Source: Myxococcales bacterium
GTDB lineage: Bacteria > Myxococcota_C > UBA6777
Direction: 5' to 3'
Assembly: GCA_020632975.1 (NCBI GenBank)
Contig: JACKEL010000012.1
Coordinates: 82,852 to 146,851 of the forward strand
DNA length: 64,000 nucleotides
Positions 47,921 through 55,443 of the stretch are shown piece by piece. The translations under genes and the position numbers were made by a program. The notes beneath the pieces are model-generated. The model searched no databases. It was not told the DNA's origin and saw only the letters and a list, made by a program, of their open reading frames with translations. Within the stretch, counting starts at the first letter, position 1. Each line of letters starts with the position of its first letter.

Positions 47921-47984
47921 TGTAAAATATGATCTTATTTCTGTACTATTGTTAAGATTGAAAAAAATATAAAATAGAAAAAGT

Positions 47985-48029
47985 ATGTAAGAAAAACCTA
48001 TGGAGAGATTTTTATAATTTTTCTTACAT
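47985..48029. repeat. 12-bp inverted repeat in the AT-rich left border of the low-GC island
   Basis: atgtaagaaaaa (47985-47996) pairs with tttttcttacat (48018-48029), with a 21-nt loop. Confidence 0.7.
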
Positions 48030-48199
48030 CAAAATGTTTGCATGGGTCGACAGATTCAAGTGGTTGATTTTCTTTGCAAACCCCCGCCTGCGCGATTGAG
48101 CCATCTTTCAGTGCACTCGATCTTGCTTCTTTCTTGGAGGATAGCAAGTTATGTTTGGGTGTGTTGCTTGGGTTCTCAGGATGGTTTGGGGTGGAGTAG

Positions 48200-48604
48200 A
48201 TGGATCGTTTGGCGTTAGGAATTCAGCTTTTGTCTGCGTGTCAACAAGGAGAGCTTGAGGAGGTCAAAAAGCTTCTTCAAACGGGGGCAGACGTCAACTT
48301 CACAGACGTCTTGCATGGTTATCATCCTCTTGATCATGCTATTCGTATCCGCTCTCTGGCGTTGGTGATGTTGCTTGTCGAATCTGGGGCGGACGTCAAT
48401 CGAGCTTCATCGCGGGTGGGTGGGCTTTTTCCCCTTCAGTTTGCAGTGTATCTTGGCGAAATTAGGATTGTAGACTTTCTCTTACGGAAAGGTGCTACGC
48501 TGTGTGATGATCTGTTTTCTTTTGTGGAGGAGGGATTTCGAGATGGGGCTTTCGAAAATCCTGAAGATGTCGAGACAATGGAACAATTGATTCGAAATTT
48601 ATAA
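48200..48604 (+). CDS. Ankyrin-repeat protein (134 aa, about 3 repeats)
   Basis: GGAG precedes the ATG. Repeat motifs: LLSACQQGELEEVKKLLQTGADVN, HPLDHAIRIRSLALVMLLVESGADVN, FPLQFAVYLGEIRIVDFLLRKGA. Confidence 0.75.
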   Translation: MDRLALGIQLLSACQQGELEEVKKLLQTGADVNFTDVLHGYHPLDHAIRIRSLALVMLLVESGADVNRASSRVGGLFPLQFAVYLGEIRIVDFLLRKGATLCDDLFSFVEEGFRDGAFENPEDVETMEQLIRNL

Positions 48605-49060
48605 CCTGTTCTCCCTCTCTTTTTCCACCATCACCAGCGTCTTTCTGCGAAAGATTGCCTTTCGGAGAGATCTTGAGAAGTGCAAAGGAGTGCATCTCCA
48701 GCCCTGAGGCTGATTTTCGTCTACATCGTGCGTGTTGCCTTATCGATAGCCTTGGAAACATGCCGTCTTCTACTGACAGAATTTTTCGAGTTGGCAATCA
48801 GGATATGTCAGAAAGCGATCGGAAGTTTCGTTTGTGTTTGGGAAGTCGCAACAAAGATACCCATCTTGATGCCTTTGTTGAGGTTGGCTTGGAATTGCGC
48901 TTTCTACCATATTGCAAGCTGGAAATACGATCTTTGGATATTCGTGGAGGTTCTGTATTTCTTGTAAGAGTTTGTCTTTTTAGTGAGATTGTCTTCGCGA
49001 CTTGGATTTACGCGATGGAGTTTTGCTGCAGCATCTGCCCTTTGGTGTATGGAGATCATC

Positions 49061-49789
49061 ATGAGTCTACACACGGTATTTCAGATCTTGAAGCAATTTG
49101 TTCTTTCTGGAGAGGTTGAGCATCAAGGTGTTATTGCGCGAGCGACGAAGGTCATCCTCCAAGAGATCGAGCGTGCAGTTCGTTTTGTTCGAAGAGGGCT
49201 CTCTCCTGACGAGATCTCGGAGGCAACATCAGAGATCTTTGTGATCTTGTATAGAAGGTGTGTCTTTTTTGATTTTTCGGAAGACATGGCTGTGAAGTCT
49301 TATATTCGTTTGACGGTGCGAGGATTTTTTGCAGATCAAGCACGCAAGGGGTCATTGGTTTATTATGTTGAGTTTCGCTCAGAAGATCATCTTTGGAAAG
49401 AGCTTGATTATCCAGATACAGAACAGCTTTCAGCTGAAGAGTTACTTTCGAGAGAAGAGTCTTTAAAGATTTTTGAGAAAAAGAAGAGGGAATTTATCTC
49501 TTTGTATCTTCGTTTAAATTCTGTAAAGTCTCCCTTGTTGGTAAAACAAGAGATCAAAGACATGGAGTCTTTGCATCTAACGAAAAAGTTAAATACAGAC
49601 GATCTGTGCGCTTGTTATGGAGAAGAAAAAAACACACTTCACAAACGTCATAGCCGACGAAGACAATCGTTGCATCGATTTTTAAAAGAGCAAAGAGGGC
49701 AGATGTCCGAAGAAGCTTTCTATTTGTTAGATTGTTGGTTATTGGCTTTGTACGGGAAACGCAAGGAGCAATTATCCGCTAAAAAGTGA
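49061..49789 (+). CDS. Hypothetical protein, possibly a highly divergent ECF-type sigma-70 family factor
   Basis: GGAG precedes the ATG at 49061. EATSEIFVILYRRCVFFDFSEDMAVKSYIRLTVRGFFADQARK resembles region 2. NTLHKRHSRRRQSLHRFLKE resembles the end of region 4. This is by-eye recognition only. Confidence 0.45.
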   Translation: MSLHTVFQILKQFVLSGEVEHQGVIARATKVILQEIERAVRFVRRGLSPDEISEATSEIFVILYRRCVFFDFSEDMAVKSYIRLTVRGFFADQARKGSLVYYVEFRSEDHLWKELDYPDTEQLSAEELLSREESLKIFEKKKREFISLYLRLNSVKSPLLVKQEIKDMESLHLTKKLNTDDLCACYGEEKNTLHKRHSRRRQSLHRFLKEQRGQMSEEAFYLLDCWLLALYGKRKEQLSAKK

Positions 49790-49909
49790 TGTGTCAGCAT
49801 GTCTACTTTTTTTACGTTTACTATTTCGTGGATGGCGACGGGCAAAGGCGAATACTTTTTCGTTGTCTGTTCGGGACGGGTTTTCATTGCGTTTAAAAAG
49901 GATAAAATC

Positions 49910-51028
49910 ATGTTTACAGCTCAAGCTTTTTTTCCCTCTTTGGATCTAGAAGTCATACACGCTCCTGTTCTTTTTCAAACGCTGATTTGTTTGCCCCAAT
50001 CACAGGTGTTTTTCGAAGATTTACAGGCAGAGGGATGGAGTGATTTTAAGTTGTCTTCATGGCTTGATGTATTGAATCGTTCTGATAAAAAACAAGAATA
50101 TTTTCGAAACGAAATGGAAAGGATATCTGGCCTCTCACTTTTTGTCGATCGCACAACACAGGGGTGGTTATTTTTCGCGGTTTCGATAAGTCAAAAGCCT
50201 ATCTTTTTCTCGGCACCAGAGGAGGAAAGAGCTGTTCCTCTTCTGGCTTTACATCATGATAAAAAAGACGCTTTTTTGTTTTTTCTTAAAGAAGGTCAAG
50301 CCGTTTATCTTCATGATCAAGATGGTATGGGCCTCGTTTGTTTTGTGGATACTGGTGTCTTTGCTTGTTTTTGTGTTTCGTCAAAAACAAGTTCTTTCGG
50401 GGATGTCGAGCCTTTGTTTTGCAATGAGCTTGATGGATATCTCGCAGAACTTCGCGAGGAAGATCCCGACTTGGTGGAGTGGTTAGAAGAAGATCTTTCT
50501 GTTGGTGGGGATTGGTCGCTTGTTACTGTTTTGGGAGCCGCGATGCGTTTACGTTTCCCAGAAAAAGGCGGTGCCGCGAAGGCTTTGGTACAAAGACTGT
50601 TAAAAGAGACGCCGATCAAGCCGCATCTTTCTGTGTGTTGGGCGAAAACATGGAGTCCTGCGCAACGTAAAAACATCGAAGGACTTTTTCTCGTAAAATT
50701 AGGGATTCTTTACAGTGAGTTTAAGGACTATGCCTTGCACATCAGTGAGGACTTCGCAGAGGACAAGTTTTCCGTGCGGGTTGTGTACAAGCTTTTGTTA
50801 CGGCGTGATGAATTAGATAGCGTTGCATTGTTGTTGCGGGTTCACGGCGATTTAAAGGATGAATTGGTAAAGAAACTTAGGCTCATTGATGAGTTAGGAA
50901 AAAGTATGGTGTACGACTTTCCTCAGTCCACGTTTCTTACGAACTCTGCCCGCTTGAAACGAATCCTTTCATCTCATCCGCGTGCTTGGTGGGCTTTTCC
51001 AGCAGCAGAACAGATCTTGTGTTCATGA
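49910..51028 (+). CDS. Hypothetical protein (372 aa from ATG 49910; 409 aa if ATG 49799), no recognisable domain
   Basis: A long ORF in the low-GC island. AAGGA lies 9 nt upstream of 49910. It is F/L/K/D-rich with no signal peptide. Confidence 0.55.
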   Translation: MFTAQAFFPSLDLEVIHAPVLFQTLICLPQSQVFFEDLQAEGWSDFKLSSWLDVLNRSDKKQEYFRNEMERISGLSLFVDRTTQGWLFFAVSISQKPIFFSAPEEERAVPLLALHHDKKDAFLFFLKEGQAVYLHDQDGMGLVCFVDTGVFACFCVSSKTSSFGDVEPLFCNELDGYLAELREEDPDLVEWLEEDLSVGGDWSLVTVLGAAMRLRFPEKGGAAKALVQRLLKETPIKPHLSVCWAKTWSPAQRKNIEGLFLVKLGILYSEFKDYALHISEDFAEDKFSVRVVYKLLLRRDELDSVALLLRVHGDLKDELVKKLRLIDELGKSMVYDFPQSTFLTNSARLKRILSSHPRAWWAFPAAEQILCS

Positions 51029-51366
51029 GAGGGAGGGATGAATACGGCCTTCTTTTGTCGGGGCTGTTTGCTTGGGGTCTAGGAGGGCGGTAGGCTTTGT
51101 CTTTTTGCTGAACTCTGGGATATCGAGTTCGACGTTCCTTGTGGAGTTCGAGGTTGCTGCTGTGTCGGGTCTCTTTCGCGATGTTTGGGTCTGGATGGAT
51201 TTTCGCGAATTTTTTGCGGGGAGGCATGGGCTGCGCTAGAGTGCGGGATATCGAGCCGATCTGTTGTTTGCGCCGCATCTTCGGAGTCTAGCTGATTGCG
51301 CTGAAGATGTCGCTGAGCGGTGGCGGCGTGTATTTCTACCTACTCTGTGTCTTGGAGGAGAGTCCG

Positions 51367-52398
51367 ATGATTCGCAAGAATCGTTCAATGATGCGTCGTG
51401 CAACCCCTAGTCCTATGGTTATTATGGCCGGTGGTGCTTTGTTTATGGCTCTTGTTGCTCTGGTCTTTTGGCCCCGCAACACGCGTCCCAAAGCACTTCA
51501 AGGTAGTCTGAACTTACAACGGGCTTCTGTGGCTGCGCCCTCGCAACCTGTTCACGCTCCCTCACAAGCCCAAGAGCCCGCTGCTGCCGAGCCCGTCTCT
51601 GCGAATGGTCTGAAGACTTTTCAGACGAAGATCAACGGTCCTTTGTCCCGCAGTTTCCAACGCGGTGGACTTGAGCGAAAGCAAGCGACTTTTCTCAGCG
51701 CGTTGGCTGCTCGCTTGTTGATCTGGCGCCTCGATCTTCGCCGTGAACTTCGTCGTGGCGACAAGATCGAGTTGCTTTATCGCCCCGTTGATTCGCAAAG
51801 TATGTTTGAGATCATCGCGATGCGCTACACCAGCACCAAACACAACCGCAGCTACGCTTTCTATCGTTACCAAGAGCCCGGTCGTCGCTTTGCTGCTTAC
51901 TATGACGCAGAAGGCCGTGAGATCGAACAAAAGCTACGCAACTCGCCCCTTCGTGAGTATGAGCAAGTGACCTCGATCCTCAAGATGCGACCCAAGCATA
52001 AAGGCGTGGACTTTAAAGCGCCCGTGGGTACGAAGCTTTACCTTCCTTTCCGCGCTCGCGTTCTCCGTACCACTTGGAACTTCCGTTACAATGGTAACTG
52101 TCTTGAGGTGGTTCCTCTCCACAAACCCAACGCTCGGATCATGTTCCTTCACTTGCAAAAGTTGTCCTCGAAGGTGAAAGCTGGCCGCGTTCTTCCCGCA
52201 GGAACGATCCTCGGTTATGTCGGAAACACCGGACGTTCAACAGCTCCTCACCTGCATTACCAGATCATGACGCGCCGTGGAAAAGTGATCGATCCTTTCC
52301 GCTTCCACGAGACTTATATGCGTACCCTTCCTGAAGGGCAGTTGGCTTCTTTCCAACAACATCGCCGTCAACTGGATCTTCAGTTCCCCAATCGCTGA
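51367..52398 (+). CDS. M23-family metallopeptidase, membrane anchored
   Basis: GGAGGAG precedes the ATG at 51367. The TM segment is MVIMAGGALFMALVALVFW. Motifs: HKGVDFKAPVGTKLY...FLHLQK...GYVGNTGRSTAPHLHYQI. Confidence 0.85.
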   Translation: MIRKNRSMMRRATPSPMVIMAGGALFMALVALVFWPRNTRPKALQGSLNLQRASVAAPSQPVHAPSQAQEPAAAEPVSANGLKTFQTKINGPLSRSFQRGGLERKQATFLSALAARLLIWRLDLRRELRRGDKIELLYRPVDSQSMFEIIAMRYTSTKHNRSYAFYRYQEPGRRFAAYYDAEGREIEQKLRNSPLREYEQVTSILKMRPKHKGVDFKAPVGTKLYLPFRARVLRTTWNFRYNGNCLEVVPLHKPNARIMFLHLQKLSSKVKAGRVLPAGTILGYVGNTGRSTAPHLHYQIMTRRGKVIDPFRFHETYMRTLPEGQLASFQQHRRQLDLQFPNR

Positions 52399-52433
52399 TA
52401 CTCTGCGTAGAGCAAGCATTGTTGTCCTTAGAA

Positions 52434-52462
52434 GGGCGGGCATTTTTTGTCCGCCCTTTTTC
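52434..52462 (+). terminator. Intrinsic terminator after the M23 peptidase gene
   Basis: gggcggg ... ccgccc stem followed by tttttc. Confidence 0.6.
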
Positions 52463-52500
52463 TTTGGATTATGCAGGGGATGGATGGAGGGGGGAGGTCT

Positions 52501-52598
52501 GATCTACCGAGGATATCCTGTTCTCTGGGGCGATCTTCCGTGGTCGCCCGATCTACCGAGGATATTCTGTCTTTGGGGGCGACCACGGAAGGTCGCCC
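52501..52598. repeat. Two tandem 49-bp units, each ending in a REP-like palindrome, with the loop inverted between copies
   Basis: Unit 1 is gatctaccgaggatatcctgttctctggggcgatcttccgtggtcgccc. Unit 2 is gatctaccgaggatattctgtctttgggggcgaccacggaaggtcgccc. They lie between the convergent M23 and dnaB gene ends. Confidence 0.85.
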
Positions 52599-52609
52599 GA
52601 TCGATAGGA

Positions 52610-53998
52610 TCAAGCTTGGTCGGGGTAGAGGTTATCGAAGCGTGTGTATTCGTGGAAGAAGCGGACGCGGGCGGTACCGATTGGACCGTTCCGTTGTTTT
52701 CCGATGATGATCTCAGCGACGCCGCGATCTTCGGTTTCGGGGTTGTAGACTTCGTCGCGATAGACGAAGACGATCATGTCGGCGTCTTGCTCGATCGCTC
52801 CTGATTCACGAAGGTCCGAAGGCATGGGGCGTTTGTCGGGGCGACGTTCGAGCGAGCGGTTGAGCTGGGAGAGGGCAAGGATAGGGACGTGGAGTTCTTT
52901 GGCGAGGGCTTTGAGGCCGCGCGAGATGTCAGAGATCTCGCGTTCACGGGAGTCTCCGCCTTTTCCGTCACCTTTCATAAGCTGAAGGTAGTCAATCATG
53001 ATCATGCCAAGGCCGTGTTCCATCTTGAGCCTTCGGCATTTGGAACGCATCTCGAGGAGGCTGGAGTTGGCGCCATCGTCGATGAAGATCTTGGACTTTG
53101 CGAGATCGGTGGCGGCTTGCATGAGGCGTGGGATGTCGCCGTCTTTCATGTTCCCCGTACGAAGGCGCGAAGCGTCGACGCGGCCTTGAGAACAGAGCAG
53201 ACGCATAACGAGCTGTTCTTTACTCATCTCCAAGGAGAAGACGACGACGGGCACGCCGTGCATGACAGCGGCGTTGGCGACCATGTTCATCGCGAGACTT
53301 GTCTTGCCCATGGAGGGGCGTCCCGCGAGGATCACGAGGTCGGATGGTTGGAGTCCTGAAGACATCTTGTCGAACTCTTCGAAGCCCGTGGGGACGCCTG
53401 TAACGAGTTCTTTGCGCTCGTAGAGTTTTTCGATGGTCTTGAAGGCGTCTTTCACGATCTCGCTAACGGGCGCCATATCTTTGTTTTTTTCGCCTGTTTC
53501 GCGTATCTCGAAGAAACGTTTTTCTGCGCTATCGAGGAATTGCGCGACGTTTTCTTGTTCTTCGTAGGCTTCGCTGGCGATCTCCGTACTGACGCCGATG
53601 ATCTGGCGAAGGACAGACTTCTCTTTGATGATCTGCCCATAGTGCTCGATGTGTGCGGCGGAAGGGATCATATCGACAAGTTCACCGAGGTAGGCGATAC
53701 CACCGGCCTTATCGAGTTGTCCTTTGACTTTGAGTTTGTTTGCGACGGAGATGATATCGAGAGGGTTGCTTTCGGCCTCTTGTTCAGTGATGGCTTCAAA
53801 GATCCACTGATGTCGTTCGAGGTAGAAGTCCTTGGGTTTGAGGATCCCAACGACACTGTGGATGAGTTCACTAAAGAGCATGATCGAGCCGAGAACAGCG
53901 CGTTCTGCTTCGATATTTTGTGGGGGGACTCGGCGTTGCAGTTCGAAGACTGTATTTTCTTTTTCGCGAGAGTCGGTGGCATTGCCGCGTCTTTGCAT
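52610..53998 (-). CDS. dnaB: Replicative DNA helicase
   Basis: PPQNIEAERAVLGSIML, LAGRPSMGKTSLAMN (Walker A), MIMIDYLQLM, ISRGLKALAKELHVPILALSQLNRSLE, IIGKQRNGP. Confidence 0.95.
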   Translation of the reverse strand: MQRRGNATDSREKENTVFELQRRVPPQNIEAERAVLGSIMLFSELIHSVVGILKPKDFYLERHQWIFEAITEQEAESNPLDIISVANKLKVKGQLDKAGGIAYLGELVDMIPSAAHIEHYGQIIKEKSVLRQIIGVSTEIASEAYEEQENVAQFLDSAEKRFFEIRETGEKNKDMAPVSEIVKDAFKTIEKLYERKELVTGVPTGFEEFDKMSSGLQPSDLVILAGRPSMGKTSLAMNMVANAAVMHGVPVVVFSLEMSKEQLVMRLLCSQGRVDASRLRTGNMKDGDIPRLMQAATDLAKSKIFIDDGANSSLLEMRSKCRRLKMEHGLGMIMIDYLQLMKGDGKGGDSREREISDISRGLKALAKELHVPILALSQLNRSLERRPDKRPMPSDLRESGAIEQDADMIVFVYRDEVYNPETEDRGVAEIIIGKQRNGPIGTARVRFFHEYTRFDNLYPDQA

Positions 53999-54202
53999 CA
54001 GAAACTCCTCAACAGAAAAGCAGGGGCGAGCACTTGATCATGCGCGCAGCGATCCACGAAGGCAAGCTGTGGCAGAGACCAAAGTGCATCGCGAGCCGAT
54101 CTGACGGCACGATAGGAGATAACCCCCTAGTCATGGGGGGATGGAAGCAGAGAAATGGGAGAGGTTCATAAGAAAAGGGGGAGAGGCGAGGGGGCGTGTG
54201 GA

Positions 54203-54652
54203 CTACTCTTTGACAACCCACACTTTGAGGGGGACGCTGACGTCGCTGTGCAACTTGATGCTGCACTCGTACGTACCGAGGGTACGGACGTTTTCGTCGA
54301 AGCGGATTTGACGACGGCTGATCTTAAAGCCGTTTTGTCGAAGTGCTTCAGCGATGTCGCGGGTGGTGACGGAGCCGAAGATACGCTCTTCTTCTTCATC
54401 ACCCACTTGGCGATAAAGTGTCACAGAGTGATCTTTGAGCTTGTCTGCGAGCGAGTTTGCTTCGCGACGTGCTTTTTCTTGGCGTTGCGCGATCAAGCGA
54501 CGCTCGTGTTCGAGGCGATGCAAGTTATTTTCAGTTGCAAGCGCAGCGAGGTCGCGGGGCAACAAGTAGTTGCGCGCATAACCAGGGGTAACTTTAACGA
54601 TCTGACCAGCTTTGCCGAGGCCGCTGAGTTCTTCTTTCAAGATGACTTTCAC
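54203..54652 (-). CDS. rplI: 50S ribosomal protein L9
   Basis: (V)KVILKEELSGLGKAGQIVKVTPGYARNYLLP. The GTG start at 54650-54652 has GGAGGG 8 nt upstream. Confidence 0.9.
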   Translation of the reverse strand: MKVILKEELSGLGKAGQIVKVTPGYARNYLLPRDLAALATENNLHRLEHERRLIAQRQEKARREANSLADKLKDHSVTLYRQVGDEEEERIFGSVTTRDIAEALRQNGFKISRRQIRFDENVRTLGTYECSIKLHSDVSVPLKVWVVKE

Positions 54653-54731
54653 GGGAGATCCCTCCAAATCAAGCGACTACGCGAGGACGAGAAGGTCCTA
54701 GCCTTTATGAGGCGGCGTAGCGTTGTAGTTT

Positions 54732-55250
54732 TTATTCGTCCATATCATCTTCGCGACCACGACGGCCACGACCACCGCGATCACCACGATCTCCACCGCG
54801 ATCACCACGATCTCCGCGATCACCACGGTCTCCGCGATCGCCACGGCCACCATCACGATCACCACGACGTCCACGGCCTTGGCCACGTTCGCCTTCGTCA
54901 CGGTTGGTGGTTTTGAACTCAACGTCTTTGCTCATCTCTTCTTCAGTGATGAGATCAGCAACTTTGACGCTGTGGTATTTCATGACGTCTTCAGAGATAC
55001 GGCACTGGTGTTCAACTTCACCGACGAGGCCGGGAAGTCCTGCAAAGGTCACATGGAAGAAGAAACCTTTGTGTTGTTTTTGTACGGGATAAGCGGTCTT
55101 GCGCAGACCCCAGTTATCAACAACAAGGACTTTGCCTTTGTTGTTGATAAGTTCGAAGAGACGATCGTTGGTTTTTTTGATCACATCTTCGGTGAGGTTG
55201 GGGCGCAGCAAATAGATAGTTTCATACTTACGGTATTTCGGCGTTTCCAA
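54732..55250 (-). CDS. rpsF: 30S ribosomal protein S6 with an RGD/RGG-repeat C-terminal extension of about 60 aa
   Basis: RKYETIYLLRPNLTEDV...VDNWGLRKTAYPVQK...GFFFHVTF. The TTG start (55248-55250) lies 5 nt after GAAGGAGG. The tail reads GRRGDRDGGRGDRGDRGDRGDRGDRGGDRGDRGGRGRRGREDDMDE. Confidence 0.85.
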   Translation of the reverse strand: METPKYRKYETIYLLRPNLTEDVIKKTNDRLFELINNKGKVLVVDNWGLRKTAYPVQKQHKGFFFHVTFAGLPGLVGEVEHQCRISEDVMKYHSVKVADLITEEEMSKDVEFKTTNRDEGERGQGRGRRGDRDGGRGDRGDRGDRGDRGDRGGDRGDRGGRGRRGREDDMDE

Positions 55251-55443
55251 AGGAGCCTCCTTCTGGACTGAGCGGCCCGCGCTTCTGTGGGCGGGCAAGG
55301 AGTGAGTGCGTGCATCGTGAAAAGCAACGCATGTAATGTTTCGCCTGCGTTGTGCGGGCGAGAAAGCGAAGAGACAAAAAGAAGCCCTGCTAGGAAACAT
55401 CCCAGCAGGACTTGGGAGATCTCAAAGAGATCAAAAAGGGAGC

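Noticed and set aside
48655-49119. 154-aa plus-strand ORF between the ankyrin and sigma-like genes
   Set aside because: It has no SD sequence, is Cys/Phe/Leu-rich, and overlaps the better-supported start of the 49061 gene in another frame. It cannot be fully excluded in this atypical island.
47921-51366. Prophage or IS element
   Set aside because: There is no integrase, transposase, terminal inverted repeat pair, or tRNA-adjacent att-like direct repeat. It is reported only as a compositionally atypical island.
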